Notes: a model not told the origin generated them from the sequence alone. A stretch of 38,214 bases of DNA from Fidelibacterota bacterium (GCA_043822705.1 JBDRBK010000098.1:1-38214); one strand, 5' to 3'. Positions 29,345 to 38,214 are shown, numbered from the stretch's first letter. A program made the numbers and translations.

Positions 29345-30811
29345 ATGACTTACCTGATCGTAATTCTAATATACTTGTTTACCCTGATCGGGGTGGGGAT
29401 TTACAAATCAACGAAAATCAAGACCCAGAGTGATTTTGCCGTGGCCGGGCGCCGGCTGACACCCTGGATACTGGTCGGCACCATGCTGGCGACCTGGATC
29501 GGAACCGGTTCGATTCTTGGGAATGCCGGGAAGACATTCGATACCGGTATGGCGGCCCTGATCCTGCCGATCGGCGGGACGCTGGGCATCCTGATCCTGA
29601 CGCGGATTGCCGGCAAGGTGCGCACCTTCGGGAAATTCACCGTGCCGGAAATTTTAGGCGTCCGCTATGGCCAAACGGCCCGCCTGCTGGCAGTGATCGC
29701 CCTGGTGCTGGCATACCTGGTGATCGTCAGCTACCAGTACAACGCCGGGGGTGCGGTGCTGGCCACCGTACTCACTGATTCGGTCACCGGCGCGCCACTA
29801 ATCGACGCCCAGACCGGCACGATCATCGCCGCCGTGTTCATCATCGCCTACACGATGCTGGCGGGACTGGTATCCGTGGCCTACACCGATGTCGCCAACG
29901 GGATCATCATGACCGTATCGCTGCTGATCGCCTTCCCGATTTTATGGTTCAAAGCCGGGGGCTGGTCCGGGATGGAAACGGCCTTCTTGGCGATGGGCAA
30001 ACCGGAGCACATGCAATTCTGGGGCGTCTATTCCGGTATGGATATTCTCAATTTCTGCCTGCCGCCGTTTTTGCTGGTGTTGGGCGATGCCAACATGTAC
30101 CAGCGTTTTTCCGCCGCCAAAGATGCCAAAGGCGCCACCAAAGCCACCAATTTTCTGGTGATCGCGGTGCTGGTAATCGAATTACTGATCATCGCCTCGG
30201 CCTGGGTCAGTTCTTCCATGATCAGCGATGCCGCCGTCGGCCGCCATGTTTTGATTTACGCCGCCCACCAACTGTTGCCGACCTTCGTCGGCGCGATCAT
30301 GATGACAACGATCGTCGGCATCATCATTTCCACCGCCGATTCGTTCCTGCTGGTGCCGGCCACGACGCTGATCCGTGACGTCTACCTGAATTATGTCAAT
30401 CCCGCCGCCAGTGAAAAGAAAATCGTGCTCCTGAGCCGACTGGTGGTGCTGGGGCTGGGAATTCTGGCCTACCTGGTATCGCTGGGCTTCGCCGAATCGA
30501 TGGGCTTTTTCGAGAAAGCGCTCTACGCCTACACGATCTACGGCGCCGCCATCACGCCCTCGCTGTTCGCCGCCTTTTTCTGGAAGGGCGCCACCAAGGC
30601 CGGGGCGATCGCCTCGATCGTGTCGGGTACGGCCATGACGTTGTTGTGGAAAGAGGCTGGTATCTTCGAACGGATTCTACCGGCATCGATTTACGGCCGG
30701 GTGGATGAGGTCCTGCCGGCGATTACGGTGTCGATTCTGTGCCTTATTATCTTCAGTAAAGTAAAGCTCGGAGCAAAAAGGATGAGGAACCGGATATCAG
30801 TGGGTTTATAA
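29345..30811 (+). CDS. Sodium:solute symporter (SSS) family protein
   Basis: DFAVAGR, ATWIGTGS..G, TVPEILG.RYG, GLVSVAYTD, YQRF.AAK, IISTADS.L; about 13 TM. ATG at 29345 (GTG at 29336 is an alternative). Confidence 0.92.
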   Translation: MTYLIVILIYLFTLIGVGIYKSTKIKTQSDFAVAGRRLTPWILVGTMLATWIGTGSILGNAGKTFDTGMAALILPIGGTLGILILTRIAGKVRTFGKFTVPEILGVRYGQTARLLAVIALVLAYLVIVSYQYNAGGAVLATVLTDSVTGAPLIDAQTGTIIAAVFIIAYTMLAGLVSVAYTDVANGIIMTVSLLIAFPILWFKAGGWSGMETAFLAMGKPEHMQFWGVYSGMDILNFCLPPFLLVLGDANMYQRFSAAKDAKGATKATNFLVIAVLVIELLIIASAWVSSSMISDAAVGRHVLIYAAHQLLPTFVGAIMMTTIVGIIISTADSFLLVPATTLIRDVYLNYVNPAASEKKIVLLSRLVVLGLGILAYLVSLGFAESMGFFEKALYAYTIYGAAITPSLFAAFFWKGATKAGAIASIVSGTAMTLLWKEAGIFERILPASIYGRVDEVLPAITVSILCLIIFSKVKLGAKRMRNRISVGL

Positions 30812-31000
30812 TTAATTTCGAGTGCTCTTTCAGCAATGCCGGACACCTTTATTTTTCGCCTTTAAACAAGACCGGGATATCCGAATTTTTGTTTATTTAT
30901 ATGGCGGTGGAATCCTAATTTCCCCTCTATTTATTGAAACCGGATTCGGTAATACGAACGGCAAGAATCAGCACAGGATTAATACGACAAAGGACCGACT

Positions 31001-32338
31001 GTGAGATTACCCACCTTTAAGAAGGGCGTTCATCCGAACGACCACAAATATTTCACCTGTTCCAAAATAATCGAGCCGCTGCCGCTGCCGGAAAATGTGT
31101 TCATTCCCCTGCAGCAGCACATCGGCGCGCCCTGCACGGCCACGGTCGAGCCGGGTCAGGCCGTCAAGACCGGCCAGGTGATCGGGTCCAGCGCAGCCTA
31201 TGTCTCCAGCCCGGTCCATGCCACGGTCACGGGGACGGTAAAAGACATCGGTGTCTTCCCGCATCCGGTGGGCGGCAAGGTCCAGATGATCCAGATTCAG
31301 CGCAGTGCCGAGACCGACGACTGGGATTTAATGGAACCGATCAAGGACTGGCCGACCGCCTCTGCCGCAGTGCTCAACCAGCGCATCCGCGAAGCGGGGA
31401 TCGTCGGACTGGGAGGCGCCGCCTTCCCGACCCATGTCAAACTGGCGCCGCCTAAGGAAAAACCGATCGACAGCTTTATTCTGAACGGCTGCGAATGCGA
31501 ACCGTACCTGACCGCCGATCACCGGGCAATGATCGAATACTCCGACCGGATTCTGACCGGCATGGCCATCATCATGCAGGTGCTGGGCGTCAGCAACGGT
31601 TATATCGGGATTGAAGACAATAAACTGGACGCCATCGAAACCATGCGGGCGGCGGTCATAAAAGGCGGCTACGATTATAAGGTTGTGTCACTGCCGGTCA
31701 AATATCCCCAGGGCGCGGAAAAAATGCTGATCCAGTCGGTGCTGAACCGGCAGGTGCCCACCGGCGGCCTGCCCATGGATGTGGGGACGGTGGTCAACAA
31801 TATCGGCACCGCCATCGCCGTGGCCGATGCCGTGCTTGAAGGCAAGGCGCTGGTGGAACGGGTTGTCACCGTCACCGGCGACGGCCTCAACGAACCGAAA
31901 AATGTGTTGGCCCGGATCGGCACGCCGTTCCGGGATATCATCAATTATTGCGGCGGCCTGAAGAGCGCAGCCGCCCAGGTTTTCATGGGCGGTCCGATGA
32001 TGGGCATGTCCCAGTTTAATCTGAATGTGCCGGCGGTCAAGGCCACCAGCGGGATTGTCTGCACCGCCGAACCGGGACAGGCGGCGGACCGGGCCCAACC
32101 CTGCATCCGTTGCGGCTCCTGCGTGACGGCCTGCCCGATGTTCCTGCTGCCGACCAGAATTGCCCGGCTGGCGGAAATGGGCAAACCGGCGGCGGCTGAG
32201 GAACTGGGAATCCTGAATTGTATCGAATGCGGCTCCTGTGCCTTTGTTTGTCCCGCCGAGATACCGTTGGTACAGTGGATTCGCCTCGGTAAACTGCGGG
32301 TCGGTGAGATGAAACGAAAAGCCCAAAACGCGGCTTGA
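31001..32338 (+). CDS. rnfC: Rnf/Rsx electron transport complex subunit C
   Basis: QHIGAP, GIVGLGGAAFPTHVK, NGCECEPYLTAD, YPQGAEK, GGPMMG, two CxxCxxCxxxCP motifs. Confidence 0.96.
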   Translation: MRLPTFKKGVHPNDHKYFTCSKIIEPLPLPENVFIPLQQHIGAPCTATVEPGQAVKTGQVIGSSAAYVSSPVHATVTGTVKDIGVFPHPVGGKVQMIQIQRSAETDDWDLMEPIKDWPTASAAVLNQRIREAGIVGLGGAAFPTHVKLAPPKEKPIDSFILNGCECEPYLTADHRAMIEYSDRILTGMAIIMQVLGVSNGYIGIEDNKLDAIETMRAAVIKGGYDYKVVSLPVKYPQGAEKMLIQSVLNRQVPTGGLPMDVGTVVNNIGTAIAVADAVLEGKALVERVVTVTGDGLNEPKNVLARIGTPFRDIINYCGGLKSAAAQVFMGGPMMGMSQFNLNVPAVKATSGIVCTAEPGQAADRAQPCIRCGSCVTACPMFLLPTRIARLAEMGKPAAAEELGILNCIECGSCAFVCPAEIPLVQWIRLGKLRVGEMKRKAQNAA

Positions 32339-32346
32339 GGAAAGCA

Positions 32347-33381
32347 ATGGACGAAGAAAAGAAATTACCCGAACAACCGGCGGCTAAACCCAAAGCGGAC
32401 AAGCCGGTCAAGGATCCGCGGGCCAAACTCTACCAGCCGGAACACATGTTGATCATGTCTTCCAGCCCGCACCTGGGAACGGCTGACAGCGTTTCGAAAA
32501 TCATGTGGACGGTGATCGTCGCCCTGTTGCCGGCGGTGGTGATGGCGACCTATTATTTCGGTTGGGCGGCTATTTTCATGGTCGGCACCTGCGTCGCCAC
32601 GGCCCTGCTGACCGAAGCGCTGGTCAACCGCCTTAAAGGCGAAACACTGACCATCAAGGACGGCAGTGCCGCCATCACCGGGCTGCTGCTGGCCCTGACC
32701 CTACCGCCGTCATTTCACCTAACCGGGGCGGTGATCGGGACGGTCTTCGCCATCGGCATCGGCAAGCATATTTTCGGCGGACTGGGATACAATATTTTCA
32801 ATCCGGCGTTGCTGGGCCGCGCCTTTCTTCAGGCCAGTTTCCCGGTAGCGATCACCACTTGGACCAATCCCCGGACCATCGACGCGGTATCTACCGCCAC
32901 ACCTCTGGGAGCCTTCAAATTTGAAAAGATCGGCACCGCCCTGGTAGACCTCCTATACGGAAATACGGGCGGGTGTCTGGGGGAAACATCCGCCATTGTG
33001 ATTCTGGCGGGAGGTCTGTTCCTGATTATCAAGAAATATGCCGACTGGCGGATACCGGCCAGCTATCTGGGCTCGGTGTTTGTACTGGGCGGCATCTTCT
33101 GGCTGATCGATCCGGTGCAGTATCCCGACCCGTTCTTCCACCTGTTCAGTGGTGGTCTGATGCTGGGCGCCTTTTTCATGGCCACTGATATGGTCACCTC
33201 GCCGATCACGCCCAAAGGCTCCTGGATATTCGGAACCGGGGCCGGCATCCTGCTGGTGATCATCCGGCTCTGGGGCGGACTGCCGGAGGGCGTCATGTAT
33301 TCGATCCTGTTGATGAACGCCTGCACGCCACTGATCAACCGTTACACCCGGCCACAATATTTCGGAGAACCACGCGCATGA
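32347..33381 (+). CDS. rnfD: Rnf complex subunit D
   Basis: SSPH, FGGLGYNIFNPA, FMN site STATPL, GCLGETS, FFMATD; GAGG RBS before ATG 32347. Confidence 0.95.
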   Translation: MDEEKKLPEQPAAKPKADKPVKDPRAKLYQPEHMLIMSSSPHLGTADSVSKIMWTVIVALLPAVVMATYYFGWAAIFMVGTCVATALLTEALVNRLKGETLTIKDGSAAITGLLLALTLPPSFHLTGAVIGTVFAIGIGKHIFGGLGYNIFNPALLGRAFLQASFPVAITTWTNPRTIDAVSTATPLGAFKFEKIGTALVDLLYGNTGGCLGETSAIVILAGGLFLIIKKYADWRIPASYLGSVFVLGGIFWLIDPVQYPDPFFHLFSGGLMLGAFFMATDMVTSPITPKGSWIFGTGAGILLVIIRLWGGLPEGVMYSILLMNACTPLINRYTRPQYFGEPRA

Positions 33382-33956
33382 ATACATCCACCAAAATGAT
33401 CGTCGTCCTGACGATCATCGCTGCTCTCTCCGGCAGCGTCCTATCGATGTGGGACGGCGTCACCGCACCCCGGATCGAAGCGAACCGGCTGAAGGTCCTG
33501 AAACAGGCCATCTCCCGTGTGCTGCCGGCTTACGAAAGATATGATGAAGTTCAGGTGCGCGAAGATATTACCCTGTATGTCGGCAAGGATGCGGCTGACA
33601 ATACCGTCGGCGTCGCCTTCAAAGCCAAGGGTAATGGTTTCTCGCCGGACCTGACGCTGATGGTCGGCATCACGCCCAACTTCGGCGAATTGACCGGCAT
33701 CGAGGTGCTGGAGCAGACCGAGACGCCCGGCCTCGGGAATAAGATCGAAGAGGACTGGTTCAAGGGCCAGTTCAAAGGTTTGATTACCGACGCCCAGAAG
33801 GCGCAAGTAGTGAAAAATGTTAAACCGGCCGATCCCACCCGCGGGATTCAGGCCATTTCCGGTGCCACGATTTCATCCAAGGCGGTGGTCGATATCATCT
33901 GGAAGCAGATTGCCGTGGTACGCGAATTATATCAAGTGAAAGTGGCAGGTATCTGA
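33378..33956 (+). CDS. rnfG: Rnf complex subunit G
   Basis: N-terminal TM, ETPGLG, FMN-binding SGATISS. Confidence 0.94.
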   Translation: MNTSTKMIVVLTIIAALSGSVLSMWDGVTAPRIEANRLKVLKQAISRVLPAYERYDEVQVREDITLYVGKDAADNTVGVAFKAKGNGFSPDLTLMVGITPNFGELTGIEVLEQTETPGLGNKIEEDWFKGQFKGLITDAQKAQVVKNVKPADPTRGIQAISGATISSKAVVDIIWKQIAVVRELYQVKVAGI

Positions 33957-34567
33957 TGGCAAAGCAAAATTCACTTAAAGTCGAAGTTCTGAAGGGCATC
34001 TGGGCCGAGAATCCGGTCCTGATCCAACTGCTGGGACTCTGCCCGACTTTGGCGGTGACCAACGCCGCCATCAACGGTCTGGCGATGGGCCTGGCCACTA
34101 CCTTTGTACTGCTGATGTCCAGCATTCTGATCTCGCTGATCCGTAACCTGATCCCGGCCCAGGTGCGGATCGCCGGTTTCATCGTGGTGATCGCCACTTT
34201 CGTGACCGTCGTGGATAAATTCCTGGCCGCCTACACCCCGGATATCAGTAAAGCGCTGGGCGCCTTTATTCCACTGATCGTGGTCAACTGCCTGATTCTC
34301 GGACGGCAGGAAGCATTCGCTTCCAAGAATAATGTGGGCCGTTCGATACTGGATGCCGTTGGTATGGGCGTCGGGTTCGCCACGGTCCTGACTGTGCTGG
34401 GTGCGATCCGCGAACTGTTGGGCGCCGGCAGTATCTTCGGGCTGGCGATCATGCCCGCTTCGTTCAATACCTGGCTGGTGATGATTCTGCCGCCGGGAGC
34501 ATTTCTGACGCTGGGTCTGCTGATCGGACTGGCCAACTGGTATAACGACAGGAGGGCGCGGGCATGA
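33956..34567 (+). CDS. rnfE: Rnf complex subunit E
   Basis: ENP...LLGLCPTLAV, IPLIVVNC.ILGR, PPGAF. Confidence 0.95.
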   Translation: MAKQNSLKVEVLKGIWAENPVLIQLLGLCPTLAVTNAAINGLAMGLATTFVLLMSSILISLIRNLIPAQVRIAGFIVVIATFVTVVDKFLAAYTPDISKALGAFIPLIVVNCLILGRQEAFASKNNVGRSILDAVGMGVGFATVLTVLGAIRELLGAGSIFGLAIMPASFNTWLVMILPPGAFLTLGLLIGLANWYNDRRARA

Positions 34568-35136
34568 GTCTCTTAATGCTGTTCATTTCGGCGGCGATCG
34601 TCAATAATTTCGTATTGTCGCAGTTCCTGGGTATCTGTCCCTTTGTGGGCGTTTCCAAGAAGATCGATTCAGCCGTCAGCATGGGCCTGGCGGTGACCTT
34701 CGTACTGACGATTACCGCGGCCGTTACCTTCCTGATCAATAAATACATCCTGATGCAGTTCGGCTTAACCATACTCCAGACCGTTTCCTTTATCCTGGTG
34801 ATCGCCTCGCTGGTGCAGCTGGTGGAAATGTTCATCAAAAAAGTCAGTCAGCCACTGTATAAGGCCCTGGGAATTTACCTGCCATTGATTACCACCAATT
34901 GCGCCATCATGGGACTGGCGTTGTTTGCCGTCGCCAAGGAATACTCCTTTATCGAAGGGATCGTCTATGCCATCGGAGCCGGCGTTGGTTTTACCTTGGC
35001 GCTGATAATCATGGCCGGCATCCGCGAGGAACTGGAACTGGCACGGGTGCCCAAAATTTTCCAGGATGCCGGCATCACCATGATCGTAGCCGGCAGCTTG
35101 GCGCTGGCGTTCATGGGTTTCGCCGGATTGATTTAG
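34564..35136 (+). CDS. rnfA: Rnf complex subunit A
   Basis: NNFVLSQFLGICPF, LGIYLPLITTNCA, AGIRE. Confidence 0.95.
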   Translation: MSLLMLFISAAIVNNFVLSQFLGICPFVGVSKKIDSAVSMGLAVTFVLTITAAVTFLINKYILMQFGLTILQTVSFILVIASLVQLVEMFIKKVSQPLYKALGIYLPLITTNCAIMGLALFAVAKEYSFIEGIVYAIGAGVGFTLALIIMAGIREELELARVPKIFQDAGITMIVAGSLALAFMGFAGLI

Positions 35137-35144
35137 TTGGGATT

Positions 35145-35174
35145 CACCGCGGAGGACGCAAAGGGCGCAAAATA
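35145..35174 (+). repeat. Left arm (L) of the 9-nt-periodic inverted repeat flanking the GxxExxY gene
   Basis: CAC-CGCGGAGGA-CGCAAAGGG-CGCAAAATA; complementary to 35629-35647 and 35680-35697. Confidence 0.85.
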
Positions 35175-35207
35175 ATTGAAAATGATAAAGCAGACGAGGC
35201 AGCAGAG

Positions 35208-35612
35208 TTGACCATCGGCAAATCAGCAGCGTATTTGAATAAGCTCTCTAATTTGATTATCGGAGCAGCTTTAGAAGTGCATAAGCAACTCGGTCCTGGA
35301 TTGTTGGAATCGGCCTATGAAGCGTGTTTGGTTTACGAACTGACTCAAGCTGGACTAAAGATTGAGCGACAAAAAACATTACCAATTATATATAAATCAA
35401 ACCGGATAGATTGTGGTTATCGACTGGATATTGTAGTTGATGATGGCATTATATTGGAACTTAAATCTGTTGATCAAATTCTGCCGGTGCATAAAGCACA
35501 GTTAATGTCCTACTTAAAGCTATCCCAATTGTCATTAGGGCTATTAATAAATTTCAATGTGACTATCCTGAAAGATGGTATTATCAGATTAGTCAATGAA
35601 TTTCCCGAATGA
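35208..35612 (+). CDS. GxxExxY family protein (PD-(D/E)XK nuclease-like)
   Basis: IIGAALEVHKQLGPGLLESAYEACL, YRLDIVV, ILELKSV, HKAQLMSYLK, GLLINFN. Probable TTG start at 35208 after GAGG (TTG 35235 is an alternative). Confidence 0.9.
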   Translation: MTIGKSAAYLNKLSNLIIGAALEVHKQLGPGLLESAYEACLVYELTQAGLKIERQKTLPIIYKSNRIDCGYRLDIVVDDGIILELKSVDQILPVHKAQLMSYLKLSQLSLGLLINFNVTILKDGIIRLVNEFPE

Positions 35613-35619
35613 TCCAATA

Positions 35620-35697
35620 CTCTGCTTACTTTGTGTTTTTTGCGGTGGAATAGAAATCAAGATTTTTTAACTTAGCGAACTTTGCGTTCTCTGCGGT
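35620..35697 (+). repeat. Two right arms (R1 35620-35647, R2 35671-35697) of the inverted repeat
   Basis: CTCTGCTTA-CTTTGTGTT-TTTTGCGGT and CTTAGCGAA-CTTTGCGTT-CTCTGCGGT; direct repeats of each other, 51 nt apart. Confidence 0.85.
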
Positions 35698-35713
35698 AAA
35701 AACGAGGAAAAAG

Positions 35714-36547
35714 ATGATTAATTCGATACTGATTTCGATGGCCAGTATGGGCGGACTGGGACTGCTGTTTTCGGCGGGACTGGCCGTGGCCAATAAAAAA
35801 TTGTATGTGGAAGAAGATCCGCGGATCGCCCAGGTGCTGGAAGAATTGCCCGGCGCCAACTGCGGCGGCTGCGGCTATCCCGGCTGCGCCAATTTCGCCG
35901 ATAATATCGTTGCCGGCAAGGCGGCTGTCAATGGTTGCCCGGTCAACACTGCCGATGGCGCGGAAGCGATCGCGCGGATCATGGGCGTAGATGCGGAATC
36001 CGGCGAACGGCTGATCGCCCGCGTGATCTGCCGCGGCGGCGATTACGAGACCGCCAAGAAAGGTGTTTATAACGGCATCCAGTCCTGCACTTCGGCCCAC
36101 CTGATGGGCGGCGGCGACCGGTTATGCGACTATGGTTGTATCGGCTACGGCGAATGCGTTGCGGTCTGTCCTTTCGATGCCATGTATATGAATGAGAATC
36201 ACCTGCCGGTGGTGATCGAGGATAAATGCACCGGCTGCGGCAACTGCGCCGAGATTTGCCCGCGGAATGTAATCGAAATGCATCCCGAGAGTCATAAATT
36301 GTTCATCATGTGCAAGAACGAAGACGCCGCCAAGGAAGCCCGCGCCACTTGTATCAAAGCCTGTATCGCCTGTGGGATTTGTATCCGGGCGGTGGAAGAT
36401 GGTGAAATTATTATCGAGAAGAACCTGGCCCGCATCGATTATGATAAGTACGGCCGGGTGCCGGTTATCCCGACGGATAAATGTTCCACCAACTCCTTTG
36501 TCACTTTCGGTGCCGAAGAATCAAAAGAACTGGAAGCAGCGGCCTAA
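35714..36547 (+). CDS. rnfB: Rnf complex subunit B
   Basis: N-terminal TM, LPGANCGGCGYPGC, CDYGCIGYGECVAVCPFDA, CTGCGNCAEICP. Confidence 0.95.
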   Translation: MINSILISMASMGGLGLLFSAGLAVANKKLYVEEDPRIAQVLEELPGANCGGCGYPGCANFADNIVAGKAAVNGCPVNTADGAEAIARIMGVDAESGERLIARVICRGGDYETAKKGVYNGIQSCTSAHLMGGGDRLCDYGCIGYGECVAVCPFDAMYMNENHLPVVIEDKCTGCGNCAEICPRNVIEMHPESHKLFIMCKNEDAAKEARATCIKACIACGICIRAVEDGEIIIEKNLARIDYDKYGRVPVIPTDKCSTNSFVTFGAEESKELEAAA

Positions 36548-36979
36548 TTGACTGGATCGGTAATTGACCGGGGGAAAGTGGCCGCCATCGATGGCGACCT
36601 GGCCCGGGTGATCATCGAAGCGGGGTCGGCCTGCGAATCCTGTGGCGCGCGAATTCTCTGCGCACCCGGCGCCGGGAAATCCCGTTCCCTGACAGCGGTC
36701 AACCAGGCCGGTGCCCGGGTCGGCGATCTGGTGACGGTCGAGGAAAGCGGCGGTCTGTTACTCAAACTGTCATTGCTGCAATATGGTCTGCCACTGTTGG
36801 GATTCATCACCGGCGTGGCCGGCACTTGGCTGTTGCCCGCCGTCCGGGAAGCGGAATTGTTACTGTTTATCGGCGGACTGATCGGCCTGGGTCTGGGCGG
36901 TCTGCTGGCCTGGTTGATTGTGCGGCGGATGGCCCGGCAGACCAGGCATTTTTTTGTCGTTTCCCGAATCTTAAATTGA
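36548..36979 (+). CDS. rseC: RseC/MucC family (SoxR-reducing system) membrane protein
   Basis: CESCG..LC motif, AxVGDxV, LxYxxPL, two C-terminal TMs; TTG directly after the rnfB TAA. Confidence 0.8.
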   Translation: MTGSVIDRGKVAAIDGDLARVIIEAGSACESCGARILCAPGAGKSRSLTAVNQAGARVGDLVTVEESGGLLLKLSLLQYGLPLLGFITGVAGTWLLPAVREAELLLFIGGLIGLGLGGLLAWLIVRRMARQTRHFFVVSRILN

Positions 36980-37000
36980 CTCGTTCAGAAAGGGCAAATT

Positions 37001-38214
37001 ATGGCACAACATTATGCTTTAGCCAATCCGATTTCACGACTGCTGGACAAGGACTGTGAGGATTTTGTCCGGGCCGACCTGTTGCGGGTCATCGCCGAGA
37101 AGCAGATCGAAAAAATCACTTTTCATTATACCGCCCTCGACGGCAAACTGAAAGAATTGAAACTGCCGATCGCCAATATCCGTCAGGCCGAGCGAATTCT
37201 GGCGGAAGGGGAGCGGGTCGACGGATCATCTCTATTCAAAGGACTGGTCGACACCTCATTATCCGATCTCTATGTCGTGCCGGTTTACAAAACGGCTTTC
37301 CTGAATCCTTTTGATTCCACCAGTCTCGATTTTATCTGTCGCTACCTTACCCATCAGGGGGAACCGGCGCCGTTCGCCCTGGACAATATTTTGCAGCGCT
37401 CCGCGGACTGTTTCAACAAATCAACCGGTTTTGAGCTGCAGGCGCTGGGTGAGCTGGAGTTTTTCCTGATCCACAGCCCCAAAACGAATATTTATACTTC
37501 CATCAAGCAGCAGGGTTACCATTCGGCGGCGCCTTATGTCAAGAGCGGGCAGATACTGGATGAAATGGTACGCCATATAACGATGATCACCGGAGCAGTT
37601 AAATATGCCCACAGTGAAGTCGGTTATGTCGAGAGTGTCCGCAGCAACCTGGAAGAGATTCGTGGCAAGCAAGCCGAGCAAATCGAGATCGAATTTCAGT
37701 TGACGCCGATGGTCGATGCCGGCGACAATCTGGCCCTGGCACGCTGGCTGATCCGGAACATCGCTTACCAGTACGATTGTGTCGCCACTTTCGCTCCGAA
37801 ACTGGAGGAAGGGGTGGCCGGCAATGGCATGCACGTCCACATGGCAGTGACGGCTGACGATAACAATATCATGGTCGATGATCAGGGCCAATTATCACCC
37901 ACCGCCCGGAAAGCAATCGGCGGGCTCTGTCATTACGCCGATTCCCTGACCGCCTTTGGCAATACCACTTCCTCGGCCTATCTGCGACTGGTTCCCAACC
38001 AGGAAGCGCCGACCAATATCTGTTGGAGCGAACGCAACCGCAGCGCCATGATCCGGGTTCCGCTGGGCTGGTCCAATGTAAAAACGCTGGGGTTGGAGTT
38101 AAATCCCCGTGATAAACAGGAATATCTCGATCAGGAAGGTCGCCAGACGGTGGAATTGCGCAGCCCCGATGGCAGTGCGATTGTATACCTGCTGCTGGCC
38201 GGAATCACCATGGC
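37001..38214 (+). CDS. glnA: Glutamine synthetase family protein (partial, runs off the window; absent from the ORF track)
   Basis: ATG 37001 (MAQHYALANP...), DGSSLF, GELEFFL, HSEVG, GNGMHVH, RLVPNQEAP, NRSAMIRVP, ELRSPD. Confidence 0.88.
   Translation, partial: MAQHYALANPISRLLDKDCEDFVRADLLRVIAEKQIEKITFHYTALDGKLKELKLPIANIRQAERILAEGERVDGSSLFKGLVDTSLSDLYVVPVYKTAFLNPFDSTSLDFICRYLTHQGEPAPFALDNILQRSADCFNKSTGFELQALGELEFFLIHSPKTNIYTSIKQQGYHSAAPYVKSGQILDEMVRHITMITGAVKYAHSEVGYVESVRSNLEEIRGKQAEQIEIEFQLTPMVDAGDNLALARWLIRNIAYQYDCVATFAPKLEEGVAGNGMHVHMAVTADDNNIMVDDQGQLSPTARKAIGGLCHYADSLTAFGNTTSSAYLRLVPNQEAPTNICWSERNRSAMIRVPLGWSNVKTLGLELNPRDKQEYLDQEGRQTVELRSPDGSAIVYLLLAGITM

Noticed and set aside
30822..31004. 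60-aa ORF or riboswitch upstream of rnfC
   Set aside because: No SD, no motif and no convincing conserved structure; more likely the rnf promoter/UTR region, whose elements I could not place confidently
34899..35207. Long N-terminal extension of the GxxExxY ORF (237 aa in the track)
   Set aside because: It overlaps rnfA out of frame and has no protein-like character; the TTG at 35208 with GAGG gives a family-typical length
35145..35697. IS element, MITE or CRISPR interpretation of the repeats around GxxExxY
   Set aside because: No transposase, no evident target-site duplication and no repeat-spacer array; the G-U bias points to RNA pairing

Overview
Bacterial chromosomal window, almost entirely + strand. 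The gene content suggests a diderm of the FCB group, such as Marinimicrobia; this is an inference, not a database result. From left to right: (1) a membrane GAF-GGDEF diguanylate cyclase. (2) A TPR lipoprotein and a LolB/DUF4292-like lipoprotein. (3) A compositionally mosaic surface-glycan locus at about 4.2-17.6 kb, with GT2s, a methyltransferase, an AsnB-like amidotransferase, a GT4, a D-glucuronyl C5-epimerase-like protein, a sulfotransferase, an FkbM methyltransferase, a frameshifted GT-like gene, a flippase and YfhO. (4) An orphan histidine kinase. (5) The housekeeping run yajC-def-fmt-rsmB-PASTA-polyprenol kinase-like-BatA/vWA-hflX. (6) On the minus strand, a probable 6S RNA with its own promoter and terminator, a DAACS symporter that appears to lack a canonical start codon, and a 3' remnant of a second DAACS gene. 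(7) An SSS symporter. (8) rnfCDGEA-[GxxExxY insert]-rnfB-rseC. (9) The 5' part of a glutamine synthetase. The most striking unexplained structure is the AT-rich GxxExxY (PD-(D/E)XK-like) gene between rnfA and rnfB. It is bracketed by 9-nt-periodic inverted repeats whose deviations from complementarity in the paired cores are all G-U wobbles on the mRNA strand. This suggests an RNA-level, self-looping operon-intervening element.
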